32,000 bases of DNA from an uncultured bacterium. GTDB lineage: Bacteria > Auribacterota > JACPWU01. The position numbers and the translations under genes were made by a program. Below are positions 16,836 to 26,086 of the stretch, piece after piece. The notes below the pieces were generated by a model. The model ran no database searches. It was not told the DNA's origin and was given only the letters and a program-made list of their open reading frames with translations. The stretch covers positions 150,001-182,000 of the forward strand of contig CAZXEQ010000005.1 in NCBI GenBank assembly GCA_964640155.1, in the 5' to 3' direction. Each line of letters opens with the position of its first letter. Position 1 is the stretch's first letter.

Positions 16836-18299
16836 CTAATCCTCTTTTTCTTTAGGAATAAAACTTAAAGTTACTTTCAACACTTTTTTTGTATTCTCTG
16901 TCACCTTAAAATCTTCAGAAATTCGATATCCCCCAACCCAAAAAATCTTTCCCTTGGAGACAAATAACGGAATCTGATCTCGCCAGCTTGATGGAATTTT
17001 TTCATCAATCAAAATTTGTTTAACTTTTTTGGTTCCACCCAAACCTATTGGCCGATATCGATCCCCATCTTTTTTAGAACGAACTACGATCTCGTCTTGC
17101 ATTTTATCTGCAGAGAAGTATTCCACCCATGTCACAGATTGCCCTTGATCTATCGACAACAAATACTTTCTCAAAACTTCTGACTTCTTCCTAAAATTAA
17201 AGGGTTTCTGCCCACATTCTAGTGAAATCTGAATATCGAACCTTGAGAAACTCAATGTCTTTTGCGTAGGAATTTTCAAAAGACCATAGATTTTCTTCAA
17301 AGAAGTTTTCTTCTTGAGAACTTTTATCCCGTTATGTTCAATTAAAAATTGAATCCCTCCTGGCAAAATAATTTTTCGTCCCAATTGAGCCTTTTGAATA
17401 AGAGATAAAACTCTTTCTGTGTTTTCAAAAGACAAACTTGACCCTTCCCTCAATAAATTAAATATTCTACGAACCAAGTATCTTTGAAGGGACAACTCTA
17501 ATTTTAAAAAAAGATTTTTTGAAAAACGAAAACCTTCTTCTGTTTCAACAACCATTTTTTGAAAAAGCTTGTTTGTCTGAGTTTCAAAATATGATTCGTC
17601 AGCTTTTAAAATCTCTGACAAACGACATAATTCCTCAATAACACTAGGATTAAACTCTTTTTTCAAAAGAGGAATAAGGGTTTTTCGAATACGATTTCTA
17701 GTGAATGTTAAGTCTTTATTAGAAGAATCTTCTCGCCATAAAATTTTATTTTTTTTCAAATATTCTTTCAAATCAGCTTTTTCTACGCTTAAAAGAGGTC
17801 GAATTAAAGTTACTTTCCCTAATGTTCTTTTTTCTCTCATTCCTCCTAGTCCACCCGTTCCTGTTCCCCTTAAAATGCGCATCAAAATGGTTTCAGCTTG
17901 ATCCTCTTTCGTATGCGCCACACATACTTTGTTTGCCTTCCACTGCAAAGCGACACGTTCAAAAAAGTCATACCGTAAGTCACGGGCTGCTTCTTCAATA
18001 GAAAGTTTCTTTTGCTTGGAAAATTTTTTTACATTCTTAGATTCCAAAACAAAGGGGAGAGATAGTTTTTGAGCAACTTTTTTAACAAACTGTGCATCTA
18101 AAGCTGAATTAACTCTTAACTGATGATCAAAATGGGCAATAACAAGTTTGATTTTGAGTTTATCTTGAAGCTCATGTAATAGATGTAGCATCCCCATAGA
18201 ATCAGCTCCTCCCGAAACAGCACAGACAACCGTTTCCCCGGCTAAAATCAATTTTTGCTCTAAAATTTTTTGATAAATCAAAAGTGAAAGTTTTGTCAT
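16836..18299 (-). CDS. tilS: tRNA(Ile)-lysidine synthase
   Basis: PP-loop VCAVSGGADSMGML, then HFDHQLR, plus the TilS C-terminal domain GDRYRPIGLGGTKKVKQILIDEKIPSSWRDQIPLF. Confidence 0.9.
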   Translation of the reverse strand: MTKLSLLIYQKILEQKLILAGETVVCAVSGGADSMGMLHLLHELQDKLKIKLVIAHFDHQLRVNSALDAQFVKKVAQKLSLPFVLESKNVKKFSKQKKLSIEEAARDLRYDFFERVALQWKANKVCVAHTKEDQAETILMRILRGTGTGGLGGMREKRTLGKVTLIRPLLSVEKADLKEYLKKNKILWREDSSNKDLTFTRNRIRKTLIPLLKKEFNPSVIEELCRLSEILKADESYFETQTNKLFQKMVVETEEGFRFSKNLFLKLELSLQRYLVRRIFNLLREGSSLSFENTERVLSLIQKAQLGRKIILPGGIQFLIEHNGIKVLKKKTSLKKIYGLLKIPTQKTLSFSRFDIQISLECGQKPFNFRKKSEVLRKYLLSIDQGQSVTWVEYFSADKMQDEIVVRSKKDGDRYRPIGLGGTKKVKQILIDEKIPSSWRDQIPLFVSKGKIFWVGGYRISEDFKVTENTKKVLKVTLSFIPKEKED

Positions 18300-18466
18300 A
18301 TTAAATAATCGTATCTCGTATTTCGTGAAGCGTGAAGCGTTAAAAATAATATTTCAAAAAAACGAGAGACGACTCACGAACGACGAACCCCGATTTTTAA
18401 TTTCCATCTTGCTATGAATGCCTAATCTCACTATACTGATGAAAATTTCTCAAGGCCTATCATCTC

Positions 18467-18802
18467 ATGACTAAAGTCAAATCGATGCTCAGAATTCAGC
18501 AGATAGAAGAATCCCTTCGTAAAGAAGCTTTAGAGGGACATCTGGAGCTTATTCAAGAGCTTGCCGATAATCGTATGGGAATTCCTTTAGATTTGATTCG
18601 CGCTTATGATCGAGCTAAAAAGCGTTATCCAAATGCCATTGTAAGGCTTGACAAAGGTATTTGCCAAGGATGTCATATGGCAGCTTCCACAGGAGTTGCC
18701 TTAATTGCCAAAGCTGGTAAGTCAGTCCATGTTTGTGAATATTGCAGCCGCTTGGTTTACTGCGACACCCCTCCACCAACTCCTGCAGCACCTACCCTTT
18801 AA
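18467..18802 (+). CDS. Small C4 zinc-ribbon protein (resembles the COG1579 C-terminal region)
   Basis: ICQGCHM...VCEYCSRLVY gives two CxxC pairs after a short helical region. The tail is proline-rich. Confidence 0.55.
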   Translation: MTKVKSMLRIQQIEESLRKEALEGHLELIQELADNRMGIPLDLIRAYDRAKKRYPNAIVRLDKGICQGCHMAASTGVALIAKAGKSVHVCEYCSRLVYCDTPPPTPAAPTL

Positions 18803-18891
18803 TCGCCAGAATCAATAAAAATAAAAAAAATCTGGTATAGACAGCAAAACTAAGTATAATGATGTCTCATTTTTTAAAATTATTGAACTAC

Positions 18892-18965
<74 letters not shown>

Positions 18966-18986
18966 GATATTAGGCTTACAAATCAG

Positions 18987-19021
18987 GGGCTAAAGGCCAC
19001 AAGCCTTTAGTCCTATTTTTA
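18987..19021 (+). terminator. Rho-independent terminator after the first tRNA
   Basis: An 11-bp stem (GGGCTAAAGGC at 18987-18997 with GCCTTTAGTCC at 19003-19013, one G:T), a 5-nt loop, then TATTTTT. Confidence 0.6.
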
Positions 19022-19062
19022 TAGGCTCAAAAAACAAGATTCTTCAAGAATTTTGCAACAAC

Positions 19063-19134
19063 GCCAGGGTAGCTCAGAGGTAGAGCGGGGCTCTCATAAG
19101 GCCTAGGTCGTGGGTTCGATTCCCCCCTCTGGCA
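19063..19134 (+). tRNA. tRNA with anticodon CAT (elongator Met, or Ile2 that needs lysidine; undecided)
   Basis: GCCAGGGTAGCTCAGAGGTAGAGCGGGGCTCTCATAAGGCCTAGGTCGTGGGTTCGATTCCCCCCTCTGGCA folds as a cloverleaf. The acceptor is GCCAGGG/CTCTGGC, the D stem GCTC/GAGC, the anticodon loop CTCATAA and the T loop TTCGATT. There is one T:C mismatch in the T stem. Confidence 0.8.
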
Positions 19135-19278
19135 AACTGTTTGTTACAAACTCTAAGCCTTTCCCAAAACTTCACTTCTTCAGGAAACTTCTAAAACTCT
19201 TGAGGAGGAATTGAAGGGAAATACGAAGTAAACCGTCTTCACAATCCACTATCATCTACACACAAACCATTTATTTTA

Positions 19279-19989
19279 CTAAAATTTCGTGAACCTTGTC
19301 CGTAAAGCAACTTTGAGATATTGCCAGGTATGATTAAAAACATGCGTCTTGGTGGGGCCTCCCAACCTTTGAGAATAAAGCACTGGAATTTCAATCTCTG
19401 CGATTCCCCTTTGTTTAAGAGCATAATGAAATCTGATTCCAAAATCTCCATGCCCTGTAAAAATCTTATCCAGAGGAAGAGTCTGCAAATGTTGTTTTTT
19501 AGCAAGAATAAATCCACTTAAAACATCTGTTGTACGAAGACCTAATATCTTTCTAAATAAAAAATTGAGAAATCGACTTCCAAAATATCTTAAGCCTCCC
19601 TTTTTCATTCCTCCACCTCTTAAGAATCTGGATCCATTCACCACATCGGCCAAATCTCGACTGGTGAGAAAGCGAGGGATGTCGGCAGGCGCATGCTTGA
19701 AATCAGAGTCCATGATTAAAACCCAATCTTTCGTCGCAGCTTGAATCCCGTCACAGACAGATCCTCCCAAACTTCTGGTGGCATTCCTTGAAATGATTTT
19801 TACATTGGGATGATCGGAAAATACTTTCTGAATCACTTGCGCTGTTCCATCTGTACTAGAATCATCCACAACACAAATTTCAAAATCTATTTTGATATTT
19901 GAAAGAATCTCTAGAATTCTTTTAACCAAAAGACAAATGACTTGTTTTTCGTTGTAGGTGGGTAAGATAACTGAAACAGATTCTTTCAT
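19279..19989 (-). CDS. Family 2 glycosyltransferase (resembles polyprenol-phosphate mannosyl/glucosyl transferases)
   Basis: VSVILPTYNEKQVI...ICVVDDSSTDGT...LIMDSDFKH are GT2 (GT-A fold) signature stretches, including the DxD-like DSD. Confidence 0.8.
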   Translation of the reverse strand: MKESVSVILPTYNEKQVICLLVKRILEILSNIKIDFEICVVDDSSTDGTAQVIQKVFSDHPNVKIISRNATRSLGGSVCDGIQAATKDWVLIMDSDFKHAPADIPRFLTSRDLADVVNGSRFLRGGGMKKGGLRYFGSRFLNFLFRKILGLRTTDVLSGFILAKKQHLQTLPLDKIFTGHGDFGIRFHYALKQRGIAEIEIPVLYSQRLGGPTKTHVFNHTWQYLKVALRTRFTKF

Positions 19990-20101
19990 AGGCTGTCTAG
20001 ATTCTAGTTTTTCAATGTTTAATCGAAAAGGTAGAAAATTTTAACTTAAAAAACCAAAGAGTTCCATAGAATTGCCCGTCTATCCTAAAAATAAACCCCT
20101 A

Positions 20102-20134
20102 TAAAAAAAGAGGACCCTCTACGGGTCCTCTTTT
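20102..20134 (-). terminator. Rho-independent terminator downstream of glnK
   Basis: Stem AAGAGGACCC (20108-20117) with GGGTCCTCTT (20123-20132) and a 5-nt loop. The plus-strand A-run at 20103-20109 becomes the U-tract on the minus strand. Confidence 0.7.
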
Positions 20135-20160
20135 CTTGAAACACGATAAAAAAGGAAGAA

Positions 20161-20514
<354 letters not shown>

Positions 20515-20520
20515 TTAGCT

Positions 20521-21975
20521 TTATTCCAATGTTGCGTAACCAACTTCACCATGTTCTGCCAAATCTAATCCCTGACGTTCAACATCAGGAGTAGGTCGCA
20601 ACCCAATGGTCAACTTCACCACATAAGCAATGACAGTTGTTCCCACAATAGCCAAAACAATGGTTAACCCCATTGCTTTTAATTGTTCAATCCAAAGAGT
20701 CTTGCCTAGAAAATCTTTGAGATTCACAAGAAGGTTAGGATTAGAAGTTCCATTTGCAAAGACGCCAGTCAAAAATGCACCCAGCGTTCCACCTATGGCA
20801 TGAACACCAAACGTATCCAAAGCATCATCATATCCCAACCAATGCTTCAGTTTGTAACATGCAAAGAAAGGAATTAAACCTGCAAGAACACCAATGATCA
20901 TGGCCGAAGAGGCATTGATAAAACCGCAAGCCGGTGTAACCACAACCAATCCAGCGACAGCTCCAGAGCAAAATCCCAACACACTGGGTTTACCCTTTAG
21001 AATATATTCTGCAAGAGCCCAAGAGAAAGAAGCGACTGCGGCTGCAAGCGTGGTTGTCATAAAAGCATTGGCAGCAACGCCATCAGCTGCTACTGCACTT
21101 CCCGCATTGAAACCATACCAACCCACCCAAAGCATTCCCGTTCCAACCATACAAAGAACCATGCTATGAGGAGCCATATTCTCTTTACCAAAACCCAAAC
21201 GTTTACCTAAAATCATACATAAAACCAAAGCAGACCATCCTGAAGACATGTGAACCACAGTACCACCAGCAAAATCAATGGCTTTAACTTTTGCCGCAGC
21301 ATTCCACACACCGTTCATCAGGCCATCAATACCCCAGACCATATGAGCCAATGGGAAATAAATAACAAACATCCACAAAGCCATGAACACCATTAAAGCA
21401 CTAAATTTCATACGTTCTGCAATCGCACCGATGATTAATGCGGGTGTAATAATGGCAAACATCATTTGATACATCGAAAACACATTTTGAGAAACCCAAT
21501 AGGAATAATTGGTATTGGGGGCAGAATCCACTCCCTTTAAAAAGGCAAAACTTAGATCTCCCAAAATGGGGCCTCCTGTTGAGAATACAAAACTATATCC
21601 AACAGCCCACCAAAGAATGGTGACTAAACCTGCCAAGCCCAAACATTGAGCTAAAACTGACAAAATGTTTTTTGCTCGAACCAAACCTCCGTAAAAAAGT
21701 GCTAACCCCGGCAAGGTCATGAAAAGAACCAAGAGAGCTGAAGTCATCATCCAGCCATTATGTCCAGGACCTGCTACGGCAATTTTAGAAGAAACTTGAG
21801 CATCTACTGCATCCGAACCTCTTGCCGTATTATTAACATATGCTTCAATATCTGCCACCCGTTGTTCCAAGGATGGTTCCTCTTTATCTGCAAAAGCTAA
21901 AGAGGAAACTTTTAACAAGCTTACCCCCAATATTAAAAACATCATTAATTTTAGAAAAACTGACTTCTTGCCCAT
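20521..21975 (-). CDS. amtB: Ammonium transporter; start moved from 22041 to 21975
   Basis: Amt/Mep family stretches are present: FAGGTVVHMSSGW, GWYGFNAGS, DDALDTFGVHAIGGTLGA. ATG 21975 is preceded by AAGGAGGAG and gives a signal-peptide-like N-terminus, MGKKSVFLKLMMFLILGVSLLKVSSLAFA. The 22 extra codons of the track ORF overlap the sigma-54 promoter. Confidence 0.9.
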   Translation of the reverse strand: MGKKSVFLKLMMFLILGVSLLKVSSLAFADKEEPSLEQRVADIEAYVNNTARGSDAVDAQVSSKIAVAGPGHNGWMMTSALLVLFMTLPGLALFYGGLVRAKNILSVLAQCLGLAGLVTILWWAVGYSFVFSTGGPILGDLSFAFLKGVDSAPNTNYSYWVSQNVFSMYQMMFAIITPALIIGAIAERMKFSALMVFMALWMFVIYFPLAHMVWGIDGLMNGVWNAAAKVKAIDFAGGTVVHMSSGWSALVLCMILGKRLGFGKENMAPHSMVLCMVGTGMLWVGWYGFNAGSAVAADGVAANAFMTTTLAAAVASFSWALAEYILKGKPSVLGFCSGAVAGLVVVTPACGFINASSAMIIGVLAGLIPFFACYKLKHWLGYDDALDTFGVHAIGGTLGAFLTGVFANGTSNPNLLVNLKDFLGKTLWIEQLKAMGLTIVLAIVGTTVIAYVVKLTIGLRPTPDVERQGLDLAEHGEVGYATLE

Positions 21976-22029
21976 TTTTACTCCTCCTTGGTGATTTTTA
22001 AACGTTAGAAAAATAGATATGATGGATAA

Positions 22030-22045
22030 AGCAAATACCATGCCA
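22030..22045 (-). promoter_or_regulatory. Sigma-54 (-24/-12) promoter of amtB-glnK
   Basis: The minus strand reads TGGCAT-GGTAT-TTGCT against the consensus TGGCAC-N5-TTGCW. GG and GC are at the canonical spacing, about 55 nt upstream of ATG 21975. Confidence 0.7.
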
Positions 22046-22302
22046 ATGGTTCAAACAAAGAATATTGTCTTTAAATGATGCGCGTGAAATGAGCTTGGGA
22101 ATGAGAAAGGTTGAGGATTCTTTTTAGTTTTTTTATTTTCAAATTTTTTTAGAACATCCTGGCGAGATTTCAACCACGTGATTAAAAAAGATCACCTACT
22201 AAAAACGATCGCATTCTTTTCCAATTAAAGAATAAAGATAGTCTGTATAAAATCAGGATAAATAATAGTAGAAAAAAATAAAGTAATACTGAGGTATTAG
22301 TT

Positions 22303-24009
22303 TTAGGATGCATTCTTAATGGGCAATTCAATCGCAAAAGTACTTCCTTTTCCTACTTCGCTCTGAACATAAATCCCACCCGAATGAGCTTCAACAATTC
22401 TTTGAACAATCGCAAGACCTAAACCCGTGCCTCCCTTTTTAGAAGTAAAAAAGGGCTGGAATAACCGCTCTAAATGTTCTTCTGGAATACCGACTCCTGT
22501 ATCTTGAAATTGAATATAGATTTTATCAAGGCTTCTTTTTAAAGAAAGAGTTAAGGTTCCACCCTGAGGCATGGCTTGAATCGCATTAAGCATAACATTA
22601 AGAAAAACTTGGGACATTTGCCCTTTATCTAAAAAAAGAGGCGGTACTTGCTTATCATAATCTGTTTTCAACTGTACTTTTTGCTGGGCAAGTCTAAACC
22701 GCATAAATGAAACAATTTCTTCCAAGCAGTCTTTAACGTCAGTCAAAGCCAATGACATTTCACCCGGTCGTCCCATGGAAAGGACTTGATTAATAATTCT
22801 TTCCATTTGTCGAATTTTTTCCCCCATCATCTCTGCATCTTTTTCTAGAAAAATAGCTTCTCCTTTTTGAGCTTTTGTTTGCAGAGACTGCATCAACATC
22901 TTAATCACCGTCAAAGGATTACGTATCTCATGAGCAATTTCAGCTGCAACTTCTCCTAAAACAGCTAGGCGCTCTTGCTGACGCAAATACTCTTCAGCCC
23001 CAATCATGCGTGAATATAGTTTTGAATTTTCAATGGCTACAGCAGCAAGAATGGCCAAAGCAGAAAGAACATCCACTTCTTCTTGAGCAAAGTGGCGGGG
23101 CAAAATGCTGTAAACATTTAAAAGGCCTATACACTTCTCTTGAAAAATCATGGGGACAGAAAGCAAAGAACAAAGCCCTTCTTCTTGAGCAATTTCAGGA
23201 TAGCGATACAACTCACTTTTTTTCACATCCAATACCTGAAGAGGTTGTCTCTTCAACACCACTTGTCCTAACAAACTCTGTTTAATCGTTAAATTAGGTT
23301 TGCGCGAATATTTTTCAGAAGCACCATAAAAACTGCGCAGAATCAGCTCCTTTCCCGTTTCATCTAAAAGCATGAGCGAGCATAATTTTGTTTCAGTTAG
23401 TTTTGTCGCCTCTTCTGTAACTTTTGCAAGAATCTGTTCCAAATCCAAATTGGAAATAATGGTCTGTCCAATTTTAAAAAGAGAGGCCAACTTTCTGGCC
23501 TCACGTTTTGACTCCGCATAAAGTCTTGCATTATGAATAATCTGAGCTGAATGCGCCGCCAAACTTGCCAATAATTTTTGATCGGATGAAGTAAATGCAT
23601 GGAGTCTGGTGCTATCTACATTGATCACACCGATGACCTTGCCTTTGATAATTAAAGGGACTGCTAATTCTGAACGAATATTTTTACTCACCTGTACATA
23701 TTTAGGTTCTTTCAAAACATTGGGAATTAAAAGAGATTTTCCCGTCTTCGCCACCCACCCCGTAATTCCCTCTCCTACCTTTAAACCAAGGGAACGAATC
23801 TTTTTTTCACTGATATTTTGTGCTACTTCAACTTTTAAGAGATGAGTTTTAGGCTCAATGAGTAAAATCGACCCCCCCGTTGCCTTCATCATAATGACAG
23901 CTTCTCTGAGCAAGAATTTCAAAATTTTGCGTGGTTCCTGAGTGGAAGCCATCACATGACTGATATTATAAAGAAGCTTAATTTTTTTGAGTTCGGTGTT
24001 TAGTTTCAA
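22303..24009 (-). CDS. Soluble sensor histidine kinase with two GAF domains (TTG start in the longest ORF)
   Basis: H-box AAEIAHEIRNPLT, N-box FLNVMLNAIQAM, G boxes DTGVGI and GGTGLGLAIV. Two GAF-like regions precede it (GITGWVAKTGKSLLIPNV...; LGQVVLKRQPLQVLDV...). No transmembrane segment is evident. Confidence 0.85.
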   Translation of the reverse strand: MKLNTELKKIKLLYNISHVMASTQEPRKILKFLLREAVIMMKATGGSILLIEPKTHLLKVEVAQNISEKKIRSLGLKVGEGITGWVAKTGKSLLIPNVLKEPKYVQVSKNIRSELAVPLIIKGKVIGVINVDSTRLHAFTSSDQKLLASLAAHSAQIIHNARLYAESKREARKLASLFKIGQTIISNLDLEQILAKVTEEATKLTETKLCSLMLLDETGKELILRSFYGASEKYSRKPNLTIKQSLLGQVVLKRQPLQVLDVKKSELYRYPEIAQEEGLCSLLSVPMIFQEKCIGLLNVYSILPRHFAQEEVDVLSALAILAAVAIENSKLYSRMIGAEEYLRQQERLAVLGEVAAEIAHEIRNPLTVIKMLMQSLQTKAQKGEAIFLEKDAEMMGEKIRQMERIINQVLSMGRPGEMSLALTDVKDCLEEIVSFMRFRLAQQKVQLKTDYDKQVPPLFLDKGQMSQVFLNVMLNAIQAMPQGGTLTLSLKRSLDKIYIQFQDTGVGIPEEHLERLFQPFFTSKKGGTGLGLAIVQRIVEAHSGGIYVQSEVGKGSTFAIELPIKNAS

Positions 24010-24087
24010 GTTCTCAAGCCTCGCATCTCAAGTTTTAAACTGAATGCTCTTACACACAACGCATTCCCGTATAACGATCGACGAATC

Positions 24088-24594
24088 TTAATGCAAATAG
24101 GTTTTTCTTCGAAACACATCTGTTTTAAGAGAGCCTACTCGATCTAAAAATAACATCCCATTCAAATGATCTATTTCATGTTGAAGAACAATGGCTTCAA
24201 AGCCCTCTGCTTGAATTTGTATAGATTGACCTTGTGCATTCAAACCCTCTACAACAACCTTATGAAAACGCGTCACATTACCCGTATAGTCCGAAACACT
24301 TAAACAGCCTTCTCTACTCATTAAAATTTCTTGAGTTTCAATCAATCGAGGATTCATCAGCACAATAAGACCATGATTGGGAACCACTTTACGATATCGG
24401 CGAACATCAACCACTAAAAGTTGAATCAAAAGTCCCACCTGACAAGCTGCCAACCCCACACACCCTGGGAAACTTTCCATAGTCTCAATCAAATTATTAA
24501 TAGAAGCAGAAACTGTGCCATCTATCTTATCTACTGGCAAAGATTTCTTTTTTAATCTTGGATCTGGGAAATGAACAATCGGAAGAATCGCCAT
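24088..24594 (-). CDS. def: Peptide deformylase
   Basis: The three PDF motifs are present: GLAACQVG, EGCLSV, QHEIDHLNG. Confidence 0.9.
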   Translation of the reverse strand: MAILPIVHFPDPRLKKKSLPVDKIDGTVSASINNLIETMESFPGCVGLAACQVGLLIQLLVVDVRRYRKVVPNHGLIVLMNPRLIETQEILMSREGCLSVSDYTGNVTRFHKVVVEGLNAQGQSIQIQAEGFEAIVLQHEIDHLNGMLFLDRVGSLKTDVFRRKTYLH

Positions 24595-24596
24595 AT

Positions 24597-25142
24597 TTAT
24601 AGTGTGGAAGTTTCTATTGGATGCATTGTAATCGTTACAGAAAGCTTACGCCCCAAATCTTCCAAATCTCTTTGAAGACTTGAAAGATCTATTCCTGAAG
24701 GAGGTTCTACCTCTAACATCATCATGTAAAGAGAGGATTTACTTTCTACAACCCTTCGTGTATTTACATCCGTAATATTTACTTTTTTCTTGGATAAAAG
24801 CTCTGCCACCTGGTAAACAATTCCCGGTTGATCAACACCATAGACACTGATCATTTGTGGGCAAACTGCTTCTTTTTTCTTCTGACTTTCTTCAGAAGTT
24901 AATTTTCTTAAAAAAACGGACAAATGCAAAGATTCTCTTACAGAATTAAATCTTTGATCCAATACTTCCAGCGTCAGATTTTCTGGAAGAGAAGCAATTA
25001 AAATCATGGCGAATTCTCTTTCCAAAATCGTCATGCTAGAATCTTCTAAATTGCAACCTGTCTCATAAAGAACTTTTGTTACTCCAGCCACAATACCGGG
25101 ACAATCTTGACCTAATGCAGTAATGACTATTTTTGATTTCAT
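24597..25142 (-). CDS. Tandem ACT-domain protein (GcvR-like)
   Basis: Two ACT-type segments, ITALGQDCPGIVAGVTKVLYETGCNLEDS and ISVYGVDQPGIVYQVAELLSKKKVNITDV. Its size is typical for GcvR-like proteins. Its stop lies 2 nt before the def start. Confidence 0.7.
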   Translation of the reverse strand: MKSKIVITALGQDCPGIVAGVTKVLYETGCNLEDSSMTILEREFAMILIASLPENLTLEVLDQRFNSVRESLHLSVFLRKLTSEESQKKKEAVCPQMISVYGVDQPGIVYQVAELLSKKKVNITDVNTRRVVESKSSLYMMMLEVEPPSGIDLSSLQRDLEDLGRKLSVTITMHPIETSTL

Positions 25143-25303
25143 GATATTCTCCTTCGTTCCACGTCATGCGGAGCGTGTTGTGCGTCATGCGAAAAGACAA
25201 GAACGCTAAAAACGCATCTCTCATAACGCACAACGGTTTTTAAAGTATACAAAAAGCAAGCCCTTTTTAGTAGAATTTCAAAAAATGAAAGAAACGGGAG
25301 AAA

Positions 25304-25642
25304 ATGATGAATGAATTCACAAAGAAAAAATGTCGACCTTGCGAAGGAGGTATTCCTCCTCTTTCTCAAGAAGAAATTCAAAAGAGTCTTTTTCAATTAA
25401 AAGGTTGGGAATTATCAAGTGACACAAAAACCATTATTAAAAATCTTAAACTCAAAGATTTTAAATCTGCTCTTAAATTAGTGAACGAGATTGGTGTAAT
25501 AGCAGAATCTGAAGGGCATCATCCTAATCTATATATCCACAGATACAAATTGCTTCGCATCGAGTTAAACACCCACGCCATCGATGGACTTTCTGAGAAT
25601 GATTTCATCTTAGCCGCAAAGATCGATGAGTTAATCGGCTAA
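25304..25642 (+). CDS. phhB: Pterin-4-alpha-carbinolamine dehydratase
   Basis: LKGWEL...FKSALKLVNEIGVIAESEGHHPNLYIHRYKLLRIELNTHAIDGLSENDFILAAKIDEL contains the PCD signature EGHHP...THxxxGLSxNDFILAAKID. Confidence 0.85.
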   Translation: MMNEFTKKKCRPCEGGIPPLSQEEIQKSLFQLKGWELSSDTKTIIKNLKLKDFKSALKLVNEIGVIAESEGHHPNLYIHRYKLLRIELNTHAIDGLSENDFILAAKIDELIG

Positions 25643-25649
25643 GCAGCTT

Positions 25650-25925
25650 TTATCCTTTAACTCTTTTTTTGCTATGCCATTTCTTAAATACCTTCGAGTC
25701 AAATTTTGAGAGTTCTAGATGGAAAGTCCACGGCAAAAAAATCACTAAAGTCACATAAGCTAAATCTTCTCGGTGAGAATAATAAGTCTCAGCAAGAATC
25801 TTTTGCTTACGAAAAACCTTTGCTAAGCCTTCAAGATGGTTCACATCCTCTGTTGAGGAAGCATAGAGTTCCAGAACTTCTTTGCAACGATATGGAAGCT
25901 TTGTAATCTCATTAGTTTTTTTCAT
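25650..25925 (-). CDS. Hypothetical protein (91 aa, start trimmed to ATG 25925)
   Basis: The track ORF 25650-25997 has an N-terminal extension that runs into the GC-rich repeat element. The internal start gives MKKTNEITKLPYRC... with GGAAGGA about 9 nt upstream. No family recognised. Confidence 0.35.
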   Translation of the reverse strand: MKKTNEITKLPYRCKEVLELYASSTEDVNHLEGLAKVFRKQKILAETYYSHREDLAYVTLVIFLPWTFHLELSKFDSKVFKKWHSKKRVKG

Positions 25926-26049
25926 AAAAGTGTGTCCTTCCCAGATGCGGGTGATACTCGGCGGGGCGCCCCGCCGAGCGCAACGTTTACTGAGCACGGT
26001 GGGGCTGACAAGTAGCAGGACCCGCTACTTTTTCAAAGGACACACTTTT
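25926..26049. repeat. About 124-nt GC-rich structured intergenic element, copy A (possible ncRNA, cis-regulatory RNA or REP/MITE-like element)
   Basis: Closing inverted repeat AAAAGTGTGTCCTT...AAGGACACACTTTT and an internal hairpin CTCGGCGGGG-CG-CCCCGCCGAG. The conserved core ATGCGGGTGAyACTCGGCGGGG...TGAGCACGrTGGGGCTGAC...GCAGG...GCTAC is shared with copy B. Confidence 0.7.
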
Positions 26050-26086
26050 ATAAATGTAATCTTATAAAACATAAAGTGTGTTCACA

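Noticed and set aside
21976-22041. The 22-codon N-terminal extension of amtB in the track ORF
   Set aside because: It overlaps the sigma-54 promoter and lacks an SD. The internal ATG 21975 has a perfect SD and gives a signal-peptide N-terminus.
25139-25396. 85-aa minus-strand ORF overlapping the phhB start
   Set aside because: Its sequence is basic and Phe/Leu-rich with low complexity. It is antisense to a well-supported gene and runs through the GC-rich spacer. No motif found.
25882-26067. 61-aa plus-strand ORF, and the N-terminal extension of ORF 25650-25997, across repeat element copy A
   Set aside because: The corresponding frames in copy B contain stops or differ. The conservation pattern between copies is paired-stem-like rather than codon-like.
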